The notes under the pieces: generated by a model
The model's database searches: none
What the model saw: the letters and a program-made list of their open reading frames with translations, nothing else
Told to the model about the DNA's origin: nothing
From: Lama glama
Lineage: Eukaryota
NCBI GenBank assembly: GCA_028534125.1
Contig: CM052816.1
Coordinates: forward strand, 56,484,001-56,548,000
Direction: 5' to 3'
DNA length: 64,000 nt
Shown here: one piece after another, positions 37,761 through 51,460 of the stretch
Layout: every line of letters begins with the position of its first letter
Position numbering within the stretch: the first letter of the stretch is position 1
Position numbers and translations under genes: made by a program

Positions 37761-38911
37761 AGCATTTCTATTATTCAAGCTGCAAACCCTGTAATTCCTC
37801 TACATTTTGAACTGACCTTTTCCCCTAAGTACACAGTGGGGAGTACGTGTTTCTCTGTGTCTCATGGAATGGGTCAGTACTTATTTTCACTCTAAAGGTC
37901 AAGCTACAGGCATTTGACAATAAGCAGGACTTGAAAGCAAAGAATCAGACCCTCGGGGAAAAGGAAAACAAGATGGAGGATGAGGGAAAAGCTGAGTTTG
38001 GTGAGATGGGAGAGGAGCGCTGGGCAGGCACGGGGCTGTGTCATGGTTGTGTAATGGGGATGTTCCCACTCAGCAGCGTTCATGGAATGAGGCTGGACCA
38101 GCTGGTTGGCAGAGGGGTTTTCCCCTTTGGGAGATGCTGCTGATGATTCATATACGTGGGTTGACTGCAAAAAAGTCTTGAATTGGGGAGGAGGGGACAG
38201 AGAGAGAAAAAGAGAGAGGGAGGGAGGAAAGGGATGGACAAGTTAAGACACCACCTTGCCTAACCTAAGCATTTACCACGACCAGGGCTTTGTGCTAGGC
38301 ACTCTGGGCATACAGAGGACACTAGGACACCGTCCCCACACTGAGAAGCTTAGCTTTAAACCAGGAGGGCGCTCAAGGACAAGAACACAGCTTCTGGGAG
38401 AACGATGAAAAAGTACCCTAAGAGCAGAGCAAGATGGATGGAATTAGTTTTTAAGGAAAATATAAGAAAATGCTTAGACTTTCCAAGTCCCACATTTTAT
38501 ATCTAAATCCCAGCAACACCTAGGAATATTAATGTTAAATTTTTCTGCTGAAAATAGGCACAACTCTCTAAACTTGTCACCCTGGAAACAAGGTCCCTCG
38601 TGATCTATTCATTTTTTACCTCTGCAGCTTCATCACTCATCTCTGTACCATTCCTGGTCCATGTCTCAGCCATGCTGAACCTTTTCCACTTCCTTTAATA
38701 ATCACACTCTTTCTTGCCTCCAGGTCTCTGCCATGCTGACTCCTCTGACTAGAATTCCCTCCAAGCTGAGTCTGTCCCTCCTGCTCCTATTCCTACTTGC
38801 TCTTCAGACCTTCATTCAGTCCCTGCATCATCTCTGACCCTCAGGGCTAGCTCAATATCAGGTATTTCCCCTACCATGCTGCATGAAAGTGTCCTGTCTT
38901 TTTAAAAAATT

Positions 38912-39380
38912 AGTCTAGTTTCCCTTTGAAGCAGACTTTGAGACAAAAGAGTTGAGTGCATGTTGTTTAGTTGAGAGGTAATTCTAGAGAAAACAAAAAA
39001 TCAAAATGTCAGGGGAGTAGGGAGGTGAGATAGAAAAGTGGGAAATAAAGGAGCCTTTATGAAATAAGCTATCACTGTGGGTAACAGGAATGGGACCCTT
39101 TTGGGGAATCTGTGGGCCAGTTTAGAACATGCGCTGCAGAGTTATCCCACCTGAGGGTGAGGGAGCTGGGACATTTATGCACCATGTGCCTTAGCTGCTC
39201 TCAGTGAGGGGGATGGAATGAATTCCTGCACTTCTGGCCTGCTGAGTGGGCTTGCAGAGTGGGCATCAGGGGTCCGAGAAAGCCCTTCAGCTGGAAAATG
39301 CAGGTGCTAGCAGTTGGCAGTGAGGTTGGTGTGCCCTGAAGTGGGAAGGGAAGCGGTTGTGGGAGGGGCACTGGTAACTG
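38912..39380 (-). mobile_element. LTR16C-like solo LTR (ERVL)
   Basis: gaagcagactttgagacaaaagagttgagtgcatgttgtttagttgagaggtaattctag...cagagttatcccacctgagggtgagggagctgggacatttatgcacc. Confidence 0.7.
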
Positions 39381-40049
39381 TATTTTTCACATCTCCATTA
39401 GACTCTCAGACTTGAAAGAAGCTGGGGCTGGAGCAGCGTGGGGCAGGGAGAGAGGTGCTGGAGCAGCGGGAGGCTGGCTGTGCATCTCCTCTTCACAGAG
39501 TTTTACTCGGAGGTCTCTCCCTGTTGTCTCTTCTTGTGAGCTAGGTTGGGCTTTCTCTCCCAGAGCGGCTTCAGAGCCCTCAGATTCTCACTTTGATGAC
39601 GAGGGATTTAAAAGCAAGTATCCCAAGAGAACCAGAAGGAAAAAGCATTGCATTTTGATAACCTAGCCTCCAAAATCATATAGCATTACTTCCCCTGTGG
39701 TGCCAGATTCAAGTGGAAGGAACCCATACCCCACTTCCCCATGGAAGGTGGGTCAAAGTTGCATGTTAGGAAGCAAATATAATTGCCATGGCAACATTTT
39801 GGAGATACACTGTAAAACTTTTCTTCATTTTAAAACCACCCCGTCTTTGGATACGTTTGAATATTCCTGGGGCTTTTAACACACAGGTTCTTTGTTCTAA
39901 TTCTAGCAAACATTTCATGCCTTATTCTGCCAAAGCATTTAGCATACCTAGAGCACAGCTTGGCATCTGACCCAACTTAGGGTGTGTTTTATTAGCTCAT
40001 GTTCCATTTACGAGCTATGCCATAAGATAGGCACTCTGAATCACTGGGT

Positions 40050-41830
40050 AGCAAATGTCACCAATGGTAGAAGCCATAACAAAAAAGACTTAACAGGTCT
40101 GACCAAAGCAAAATTAAAACTTCAGCACATCAAAAATACTATGAGCCAAATTAGGAAAAACGAACATTGAGAAACTTCTGCAGCATTAAAAGAGACAAAT
40201 AATGGGTATTCTTAATACAGGAAGAACTTTTACAATTAAATTTAGAAAGGATAAATAGGAAAAAGTGGGACTATGAATAACTTATTTTTCTTCTTTGGAG
40301 ATTAGCTATCAAAAATGAATGGAAAATGGTTAATTTCTCTAACAATTTCTTTAATAGAAATGATTTACCATTCTATATTTGCCTATCAAGTAAAAACAAT
40401 GAGACATATTTTATTTTTGCCTATCAAATTGGTGAAAACAAATAAAGAATTGTAAAACCACACTGGCCGGAGTGTGCAGAAACGTGCTGTCACACTGGCG
40501 GAGGGAACACAAAACAACACAGGTTTTCTGGAGGGCAGTTTGGCAATAGGCAGGGGAAGCCTTTGAAAGATATGACCTTTGATCCGACACTTCCTTATCT
40601 GGGGGATTTTCCTGTGTGAATGCATGGGCATTTATCTCTAATATTGTTTCTATTAGAAAAACTTGGAATGGACAATGATGGTCAACAATAGAAATACTCT
40701 GCCACTTTAAAACTTATTATATATATTCATAGAAAGATGGAAAGATTCATAATATATTTTGAAGTGAAAAGGCATAAGCCACTTAAAAGAGAAAATGCAA
40801 TTTCATGTGTGTGTGTACAAATCTCCAGGAAAATACAGTAGTTTCTCCTTATTCGTGGGGGATACGTTCCAAGATCCCCAGGGATGCCTGAAACCACAGA
40901 CAGTACTGAGCCCTGCATGTGCAATGTGTCTTCCTTATACATACACACCTGATAAAATTTAATTTATAAATTAGGCACAGTAAGAGATGAACAATAACTA
41001 ATAACAAAACAGAAGAATTATAACAATGCACTGTAATGCAAGTTATGTGGATGTGTTTTCTCCCTCTCTCTCAGAATACTTTCTGGTACAAATCTAATGC
41101 CTTTTCCATCTTAACAAGCACTTATCATGTGTTGTATCCTTAACTTGTGCAGTTTGAGGTGTAACAGCAAAACTAGCACAGATTTCTTTTTCTTCTTCAC
41201 AGTTTCACAGAAAGAAGATTGATTTTTACTGTGAATCTTAGCAACCTCAGTATATGATTGGTTTTCTTTCCTTATCAAGTTGGGAACTTTCACCTTTTCA
41301 CTGAAAGGAGGGCTTTTATGGTTTCTCTTCGGCAGATCTGAGCTGCCAGCATCACTATTCTTGCACTGTGGGGCCGTTTTTAAGTAAAATAAGGGTAACT
41401 TGAACACACACACTGCAATACCATGACAGTCGATCTGATAACCCAGGAGGTTGCTGAGTGACTAAGGGATGGGGGGGTGCTCTGGTCAAAGGGATGAGTC
41501 ACTTCCCAGGAGGGAGAGGGTAAGATGACATGAGATTTCATCACCCTACTCAGAATGGCGCACAATTTAAAAGTTATAAATGGCTTATTTCTGGACTTCT
41601 CCACTTAATATTTTCAGACCCCTGTTGACTGAAGGTAACCGAGACCTCAGAAAGCAAAACTATAGATGGAGGGGGACCACTGCATTTCCGAGTATGTATA
41701 TATGTCCAGGGGAAAAAAAAGGATGAGATGATACACATCCAGGTATTATCAGACGTTCCCTCCATAAAGAATGATGGTGGATGGTCTGTACCAGAGTCTT
41801 TTTATCTTAAAATTTCTTTAAAATGAATAT
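40050..41830 (+). mobile_element. Old L1ME-type ORF2 end and 3' UTR, split by MER44/Tigger7
   Basis: ttttctggagggcagtttggcaata...atgacctttgatccgacacttcc...ttgaagtgaaaaggc; appears to resume after 41683. Confidence 0.6.
40836..41682 (-). mobile_element. MER44/Tigger7 internal-deletion derivative (TcMar-Tigger)
   Basis: TIRs ta|cagtagtttctccttattc and gatggagggggaccactg|ca; minus-strand transposase relic APQCKNSDAGSSDLPKRNHKSPPFSEKVKVPNLIRKENQSYTEVAKIHSKNQSS. Confidence 0.9.
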
Positions 41831-43489
41831 ATTCACACCAGTTTTTTAAATTCTGAAGATAAATGTGACGTTTAAGCTTTAAAAAATACATTTTAAAGGA
41901 CACGAGAGTACATGGATATATTCTAATTGCAATAATTTAAGTGAAACAGTGAATATAAATAAATAGCATAAATACATAATGTATTTGATTATATATTTGT
42001 ACTCATAGTATGTAATACATACAATATAAAATAGAATCCCCCTTCACCATTCCATTATTTTCCAAAGGGAAAGAAAATGAGGCAGGAGTCCCTCACTCCC
42101 CCTTCATAAGCACAATCCAGATGTAGTTAAACACACATCAGTGCATTTAGTGTCTGAACTCAGTGTAATAACTGCTGATTTTCTTAGTTTAATGGGCCCA
42201 AATATAAGTCAGGAGCCCACAGAGTAACAGAAGGGGCTGGCCTGGCTCACTCTGACCCGCGTGAGACGTACCTGCAAACGTGGCTGGTCACATTTTAACC
42301 CCGAACCTCACAGTTCCACCCAGAAAGGCCCACTGTTGACCGGTTGGCAGGAAGATTAACGTCAGGCAGAGAGGGTCGGAACACAAGGCTCGGCCCTGGC
42401 ACTGAAAGGCTGGCCGTGGTTCTGAAGCCCAAACCTAGAGGCACTGCCTTGACTGAAGCCTTAGGAGTGAAAATCTGCTCTCCAAAGGCGGAGGGGTGCA
42501 AGATTCAAATCAGATTTCACATTACGTTAGAGCTGAGCTTTGTTTATAAAGTGCTGACAAAATCGGTACTTTTTCCACCAGTAAGTAACCCTTGGAGAAA
42601 GCTTTTCTTTGCTCCCATTTATGCCCCCACCCCTGCTGCCTTTGCAGTTACCGAGCAAACCAGGAAAAAAAGCCTGCCCACGTGACCATCCCCTGAGTGT
42701 TTTCATTATTGTGTGTGAAAAGCATTTTAGTTTCGCTGATACGAATCTGTTGGTGTCAATAATCTCTTCCCAGGAACCTTGGGATGTTTTCTGCCTCCTG
42801 AAGCCAAAGGGGTGACTTGAATCTCAAAGAAGATACAGGGTTGATAATCAGGAACCTCGCCTGTTTCTGTCCCCTGGTCCCTGAGTGCACATTCTGGACA
42901 TATTCAATTTCTCTGTGCCTCATTCTCCTCGAATATGAATACAGAAGAAAGACTCTGATGACAGTGCTGGGGAAGAAAAATTCTAGATGTCCATTACATT
43001 ACAAGCCACTCAGAGATACTGGGGCACCAAAGTAACAAAGACATAGGGGGAGTTCCAAGTGTTTGGGGAAACAGTAGCCATCGGGTGGAAAGGGCTGTAG
43101 AATCATGAAGCATTTGTATTGGGTTCTGCTAATCCTGAGAGAAAAATCTCTGCTTGCTGATGCCTTTAGGTACTTTAATCTCTGTTGCTTCAGCTGATAT
43201 CCTCTGGTACTACCTGCCAGACTGCAACATTCCTTTTCAAGAATTACCTTTTGGCATTCTAAACATGTCTATGGCAGATCCACGTCAGCCCTAACACGTG
43301 GGCCCTCCAGTCCCGTGCACTGGTCTGTGTCTCCATAGACCACGTACCATTTCCAACTGCCAGGCTGACGTCTGGCCCTCCCTGCATGGGAAAGCAGCTT
43401 GGCGTGAATACAGGGAGCACGGGCTTCGGTGCAGGCTCGCATTTATGTGCCAGCTCTGGCGCTTGGGAGTGCTTTCCTTTTCGCATGGT

Positions 43490-43630
43490 CCCAGTCCCTA
43501 GCCTCTCTGTTTCCTTATGCATAAGGTGGGATGATGATAACACTTCTCTCACAGAACCAAGTGAGGATTAAATCAAATCATGCATGTAAATTTCACACGC
43601 AGTACAGGGCCAGGCAGGTAGAAAACAGTT
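43490..43630 (+). mobile_element. MIR SINE
   Basis: gcctctctgtttccttatgcataaggtgggatgatgataacac...gtgaggattaaatcaaatcatgcatgtaaa. Confidence 0.65.
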
Positions 43631-45789
43631 TATAAATCCTGAAACCTCTTTGCCCTTTGTCAGCCAGGAGCATCACTCCCCGTGGTTTGCAGGGCTGCTT
43701 GCCACTCACCCTTGCCTCCTGCCATCCCGCTGCAGCTTTGTGAAATATTCCTTCAGAACATGACCCACTCAGTCTTTCTCCCCACCTTGGTTTGTCCAGC
43801 TATTGTAGCATATATCCATCCTCCTTCCCAGATAGTAAACTCCACGAGGGCATAGAGTTGCATGTTGTCTTTGTGCACAGAAATATCAGACAGCAATACT
43901 GGGACTTCTGAGAGGCACAGAATGGGGTGGTGTAGAACCAATTTCAGATAAATCTCAAAGGGCAGGGTTCCAAACAGAGGTGAAAACTGGGGCCGAGAGG
44001 GAGGATACCCTTCCTGCAGACAGAGCCTAGTTCCGGCGAGGCTGGAATGGGAGTCCCTCTGTGAGGCAGTGGGATCTCATTTTCTCTCTCCGAGCCCTTC
44101 CTCAGCTGCTCCCTCTGACCCTGGGGCTCTTCGTCACACGTTCAGTCCACTGCGTGGTCAGTGATTAGACGTATTTGCACTCACTTCTCTTTGGGGTTTG
44201 ACCCAGGGGAACTGGGCTCCAAGGCAGAGAGGGGAGGGCGGCCCCATCCCAGGACCCCACCAAAATGATTCTGGTTTGCCATTTGGTGCCTGCCAGCTTC
44301 TGAGGTGGTGCTGACAGCTGGGGCAAGCAGCTGGATGTGAAATGTGTTCTGTGTCCAAGTTCCCCAGCCGTATAGGTTCTGGGACACGGCAAACATTTGG
44401 CTTGGCCAGCAGCTTGATGCCACGTTGGTACCATGTTTTGTTTGCCAGTCTCCTGAATAAAGAAAGACGCAGGACAGCTTCTGGTACTGCCAATCAGGGC
44501 TTCAACTTTCCAGCGTGTAGAACTAACCACTAGCCATTGGTCTAAGAGCTCCCTTTTAACGTAAAATCGTCAAGTGGTTCAATAGTCATGCTTTGCTTAT
44601 TTCAGTATATTTAATTTATTATGTATCACTTTTCTTGGGTTTTATATAAACTTTCCTAGGGACTTTTTTTTTTTCCAGTTGAAATTCTGGCAGAATGTTC
44701 CCTCTTCCTTGGCAGAGTGTTGATTAGCTAAAAAATATACGTTTCTGCCTAGCTAAGAAGATAATATATGTATATTTTTACAGATTACTCTTGTAAGTTA
44801 ATAAAAATAACGCTATAGTCATTATCACCATCATTAATGAGACTTTAGTGATCATTACTGTGGCACATCACATAAGGTGTTGTTAAAATGTCTGCTTCAT
44901 TTTACTCCCAAGGCTGGAAACCCCTGCCTCAGCTGTTCTGCCCAGCATTTTCTATTCCTTTCAGATGGAAGTGGCGTTCCCTTTCTTTTTGTCTTCTCAT
45001 TTCTCCCACCGGTGGAACGGAATCCTATGTCCCCCTTCTCTCTCTCTTGCCGCAGAGCGAGTCTTCACCCAGTTCTCCCTTGTAACTGTCTCCGTCTGGA
45101 AGGCGTGATAAGAGGGCTATTTCTCAGATCTGAATAGTAGGCTAACTCTGCTTCAAAAGCTTCCCTCACCCTCCAGCCAGGGATTTGAGATGCCACAGCG
45201 TTATGCAAGTACAAACATCATTGAGGCTGGATGGGGTCTCAGAACTCATATGGAGTTGAGTTCTAAAACAAAAGGGATGACAGCAGTCAATTAGAATTTA
45301 AGAAGGTCTTCGTAGGAGAACTTCTAACTTCTATCTTTCTTTTTTAAAAAAAACTCTTAAGTCCCTGTTCAAAACATGTGAATAATGACTCCTTGATTAT
45401 TGAGAGCTAATTAAAAGTCACAGGCATTGTTGTCCCCAGCACCCCCCCACTGCCGCCCCAGCATACACACACATCATCACTTGGGCTGCCTTTTGCCACC
45501 ACCCACACAGCATCTGTTAGGACCTAAAAGTGAATTTCAGTATTAGCCTAAGAAAATAAAGTTAGAAATTTAAGTTAACTGCCAAAGAAGAAGTCATGTC
45601 ACTTTTCTGCTTATGAACATTATGTAAGCAGCAAAAGAAGAAAGAAATAGAAGGGAAAAGAAAGGAAGAAGGCAGGAAGGATGGAGAGGGCACCTGCCGG
45701 GGAGGAGGATGGGGAGGGAGGGAGAAAGGACAGAAAAACTAAGTGGAACCAAAGAAATGTACAGGAACTATAGGCAGGACATTTTGACA

Positions 45790-47620
45790 GTTACTGTAGG
45801 ACATAAAACAAGAGTTTTGATAACGAGAATGGGGAGGGGAATGAGTAATATTTTAGAAAGGCAGTTTCTCTCCAAATTAACTTGTAAATTTAATGCCTTT
45901 AATCTTAAATGAAAATTTTTAGAGAACTTGAAAAAAAAAGTTATTCTAAATCTTCCACTACCTGGAAGACTAATTTGTTAAGAATAATAAATTTATTTTA
46001 AAAAAATGTAATACAGGGATCCTTATATTGCCTGATACGAAAGTTAAAAGATGTGATCATTTTTAAAATAGTGTTTACTAACACAAGAATAGAATAAAAA
46101 GAATTAAAAACTCAAAACAAACATACATAAAACGATTTTATATGTGATCTAAATGATATTTCAGGCAGGTAAGAAAATGATGGGTATTTATTGTTGTATT
46201 CAAACTATTTGGTGGGGTTGTGTGTTAGTTTCCTGCTGCTGTGATGAATTACCACAAACTTGGTAGCTTGGAAAAACAGAAGTTTATTCTCTCACAGATT
46301 GGGAGGCCAGAAGTTGGAAATCAGCTTCACTGAGTCAGAACCAAGGTGCTAGCAGAGCCGCACTCCCTCCGGAGGCTCAAGGAGAGAAGCTGCCCGGGCC
46401 TCTGCGTGCTTCTGGTGGCTGCTGGCATTTCGTGGCTTGTGGCTGCATCCCTCCAAACTCTGCCTTCATCTTCCATCACCTTCTCCTCTTCTGTGTCAAA
46501 TCTCCCTCTACTTCTCTTACAAGAACACTCACGATTGGATTTAGGGATCACCCAGATAATCCGGAATAATCTCCCCATGTCAAGATCCTTAAATTAATCT
46601 CACTCATCAAGCTCCTTTTCCTTACAGGGTAACACAGGTTCCAGGATTCTCATATCTTTGGGTGGCCATTATTGATAATATTCTTATCTCACCTTATACA
46701 TCAAATAAATTTATAATGTATTAAATGCTTAAAAAGAAGAACATGAAGGCAAATTAGACACCTGGTCTCAGGAAAGGAATGGCCCCTTTAAGCATGAAAG
46801 AAAAGATTCATGGTTCTGCTTACAGAGAAATTTAAAAGCTTGTTTAGTTCCAAAATTACCACGAACAAAATTACAAAGAATTGACAAATTGGAAAAAGCA
46901 TTTGCAACAGACATAAAGTTTATTTCATTAATGGCTGAAGAGCTTTTCTAAGTCAGAAAAGAAAACTCTTATAGAAAAAGAGGTCCAATAACAGGAATAA
47001 GGTAACCAAGGAAGAAAAAAATCAAAAAGTCAATGAGTATTTAAGAATGTACCCGTGTAGTAATTGCAAGCAAGTTTAAGTATTGATGATACGTTCATTT
47101 TGGCCAACAAATTGGCAAAAATTATAAAAATTGCAAGAACCAATAATGGCAAGAAAATGAGGAAATTGCCTCATTTAAGTTAATTCCCCATGCTAAGTTA
47201 TTGGTGCAGCCTTTCTCAAGAGCTATTTTGCAATAAATATAAGGCATTAAAATGTGTATTAGCTTTGAGTCAGAAATTGTGACTTTAAATTATGGCAATA
47301 AATGAACAACTACACGAATGAAATTGTACATGCTTGCTCTTTATAGCTTCATTACAACATGGCAAAATTACAAATGATCTAATAGCCCATAATAGAAAAT
47401 GAAAAATGTTTACAATATGTGGTTCAATGAAAAGAGCAAGTTACAAGACCATCTGTACATACGGTCCCTGGTGTGTGTGTATCTGAAACGATGAGCAAAA
47501 ATGTTAACAGTTATCCTCATTGGAGTAGGATTATGGGTGATTCTTCCCACCATTTAAAACCTCTTAAATTTTACCGTGAGTACGTATAACCAGTAATTTG
47601 CAAAAGAGAGATAAATGCAT
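45790..47620 (+). mobile_element. Old L1M ORF2/3' UTR relic split by MLT1C
   Basis: tttctctccaaattaacttgtaaatttaatgc (LPKL.YKFNA-like), ttgacaaattggaaaaagcatttgcaaca, ttggtgcagcctttct...ttttgcaata. Confidence 0.65.
46219..46671 (-). mobile_element. MLT1C-like solo LTR (MaLR)
   Basis: tgtgttagtttcctg...aattaccacaaacttggtagcttg...tttattctctcacag...ttggatttagggatcacccagataatcc...tcaagatccttaa...ggccattatt. Confidence 0.85.
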
Positions 47621-50600
47621 GTATTTAAAAACCATCCACACAAAATAAGGCATATCTTCTAAATGTGGCAAATACTGTCTATTTCCATCTACCTTTCTGT
47701 TTTCTCCTCCTCTGACTACCCATCACCTGCCCGGTATAGCTGCAGCAGCACAGAATCTCTTAGCCTCCTCTGAGCTGGATCCTGTGTTCTCATAAGCCGA
47801 TGTCTTTCTACATGTTGTTCCTTCTGCCCGCAACCCCCCAGAAAACCCAGCCCTCTTAAAGAGGAGGGCAGAGAATCTTCACGATGCCTCCAGGGAAAGT
47901 AAATTATTTCATCTTTGCTGTCACAGCTCAGCACACTGCAACATGCTGTAGGTTTATTTTTATTCTGTTTATATGTCAGGGCTCTGCTTCCCTCCTGGAC
48001 TGTGAGCTTAGAGCAGGCAAGTCAGAATCACAGGACCCTCAGTCCCCTGCACAGGACATGAGGGAGGGGGTTAGATTGACCCACGTAGAATTTAAAGAGA
48101 AAAAGTCTACCCCGGAGCCACAGGGCTAGGGAGGAAAGTAAGCTGCTCAAAGATGAGGGTCAGACGTGATCTTTCTTGATTGATCAAATGGGCATTTTCA
48201 AATTGGACATAATTCTTTCAACCTACTGACTGATGCTGGTTGAAGTTAAATCAATAATTTCAGATTAGGTTTGAGTCACCAGCTTATCTTGGATTTTTCA
48301 GTGTGAAGAAAACTGTTTTGTTATTGCTGCTCCTTGACTTTTAATGAGTGCGTTAAATGCTGCAGTTTTGTTTAGCATGTGCTGGTTGTGTTGCAAAACA
48401 GTCTCACCTTTTTGCAAAATCAGATTCCTGAGTGGTGCTGAATCATTTGCTCTGAGCGAGTCTTTGAAGATAATTGGGAACAGCTGGGGAGCTGGGACAG
48501 CGGCCTCAGCACACACCCGTCCGTGAAAAGCAGAGAGCAGGTGAGAAATAGGAGTCAGCCTGGGGCTGGTCAGGTCGCCTCTCAGAGTCAAAACTCTCCG
48601 TTTGTATTTAATCAGGAAAGTAGCTTCCATGGAATTTGGCTGATAGCAGCTGCTGGGACTGAGAGGTTAGAAAGGAGAGTGTAGGGGCTTTCAGGAGCTG
48701 GTGGTAGAGCTGAACGCTCAGCCAGGGAGCCAGGGAAAGATCCCATTTACTTCTGGGATGGCGTAGGACTAATGGGGAACTGTTTGAAGAAGATTATGGT
48801 TAAATTTAAGTAAACAAATACATAGACTCAGACGTTATTGCTCTGGGAGTAAAAACACGTGCTGGAGCTCGGGCCGGCTTTGACCTTCCAGTACCTGGTG
48901 CTCTGCTTGGCGCGGTGTCATGTGTATCTATGGGACCTAGTAGTGGTGGGATAGTTTCTCTCAGGGTTTTAGATTTTTTTTTCATATTCCCAGTGAAAGC
49001 CTAAATTGCCTGCTCCTAGATAGGGAGCAGAGCCCAGGGATGGATTAGAAATATCTGCGTCCAGAAGCAGGAATGTACCCGGACGGACAGATGGACCCCA
49101 GGGTTGGTGCTGGCTAGCAAACTAGGCAGCTGGACCTTGGGCAAGTCACAGCTCCAGGGCTCAGCTTACTTCTCAGTAAGATAAGGGACATGGACTCATT
49201 ATTTTTCAGACTTTATTTTGGCAGAGGGCTCTTCTTTTTCCCCAAAGAAAACCTTATATTGAATCTTGTTTTATTGACGAAGTCTTTTTTTTTTTTTTAA
49301 CGACCGTAGTGATTCTGGTTGCGACAGAGGAGGGACCCATGCTCTGTCTGCTGGCCTGGCCTCCACCTTGTGTCTGGAACACCCCGAGGAAGCCCATGGA
49401 GTTTAAAAGGGAATGAAGTGCTACTGACTTTGCCTTGTGGTTCATCTGAGCTCACTCTCTCATTTGAAGACATTGACCAATATGCAGATTAATTGAAAAC
49501 AGTATTTACTGAGGTTTATAAAAAAAGAAACAAATCAAACAAAACATGTACGCCACCCATGCCCCAACCTCTTTAAAAAAAAAACAAAAACAAACTACCA
49601 GAAGAATATTCAATTCATTACCAGAGCATAATTTCTCTCCCAGTCTTCTCCATCTTCACCCCACTCCCACCCCTGCCCACGTGGCTGCTGCTTCCAAAGT
49701 CCTTCGCACCCCACCCCCACCCCCTTCTACTACCTGCAGCCTCCTCAACTCTGCTGCCAGGAAGTGATTCTCCTCCTCCCCCTCCCTAACAGACCTGTCT
49801 TTTTCTCCTGCTGTCCCTTTCTGCCCCTGTCCAACAGGAATCTCATTTCCTCATTCTTTCTGCCCGTTACAACCCTATTAAGTCTGTAACAGTCCCAGGC
49901 AGGTGACAGCAGCCCAGCGCAAGATCCCTGACTTTCTTCTGTTTAGAGTCGGGGGGTAGGGAGGGGCTGGGAGGAGACTGCAAACACTTACAGCTGAATA
50001 CCTTCTCTACCACTTCTCCCCGCTCCTGATCCTAAGGTCCCATTCCTAGAACTCCCTCCCTGCCTCCTGCTTTAACTTAAATCACTAAAAACAGACCGGG
50101 TGTGACGTGGACCCCTGGTCCCAAAGCACCGTGCCAGATCTGCGTTTCGGGAGGTGGTTTTTTCAATGCTTGTTTCCTCTTCTTTGTGTGTCTCTTGTTC
50201 ATCTTGCCTAACTAACCACTAGCCATTCCTGGGACCACTTCCCACTGCCTCAGCGCTTCTGTGCCAGGGCAGATGGTCCAGAATGGAAGGGCTCCCTGGC
50301 TCTCCTGAGGTTAATGGGGCTTTTTAAGGAAGCCCTGGGATCTTCCCAAGTGAGTTGCCCAATAGGATCCATCAGGCTTTGTGTGGACAGAGGGGGACTC
50401 CTCCGAGTGAGGCAGGTAGGTGTGTCCCAGCTGGGGTCCTTCAGTTATCACCTGGGTGTAGACGCAGCTCTGAGGCTGGAAGTACAGCACCTCTCCTGCC
50501 ATGTCCACACTTACTTGTGCCCTGTGACTGAGGCTTTCTCAGACATAGTCACTACAAGCTAAAGCTCTTTTTGGCTCCACATGAAAGAGAAATAAGATCT

Positions 50601-51269
50601 CTGCCCCCACTCCAGTATTCCTAGGCACTGTGGCCACATTTCTTGCCTTTGATATGTGTGGATCCATTTCCTTACATGTTACTTACTCTTTTGGGGCCAC
50701 AGTCCCTGCTGTGACCCCTGTACACACACATTCACACTCACACCCCTTGGAGAAAACACCATGTTGCCTGGCTTTGGACAATGCCAGGATCCCACAGAGC
50801 GTGCCCTCCATTCACCGCTTGCCAACACACTTGTCCTCTTGGCCGCTGCAAATCAACCAGATCTACAGATCTTTGCTTTTTTCCCCCAACCCCCTATACT
50901 GGCAGGGCCACTTGAAAAGGTGGGTGATAGAGGAAATTCTAACATGAAGCATGTGAGTGTGTGTGTGCGTGTGTGTGGTTGAGAGAGAGCACGCGCGTGT
51001 GAAAACCTCCCAGGCATCCCTCAGCTGGGTCTGTATTTGTGTAACTCGTGAGTTGCGGGCAGAGTCGTCGGGGCTGGGGAACCAGTTCCGCCTCACTGCA
51101 CAACCGTGCACCTGCTGCATTCACTCAACATACTTCTCTTTGTGTGCTCATCCCCTTAGGCTGAAACCTCGGCTTTGCATTGGCCAAAAGAGACACGAAG
51201 GAACACAGGACTTAGTCAGATGATCTTGTCCAAATCTGGCACTGCTGGAAGAGGAGGAGAGAGGATCAT

Positions 51270-51460
51270 GGTGGAGTGGTAATGGCATATGGTCTGTAGA
51301 CCCTGGTTGTCTGCATGTGAATCCTCAGCCTGCCTCCTACACCTCTGTGACCTTGTTTAATACCACTGTGCCTCAGTTTCTTCATTTGTAAAATGGGGCT
51401 GATAAGACTAGCACTCTCCCTCATGGGGTTCCTGTGAGGGCTGAATTAGTTAACATGTGT
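51270..51460 (+). mobile_element. MIR SINE
   Basis: ctgtgaccttg...ctgtgcctcagtttcttcatttgtaaaatgggg. Confidence 0.85.
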
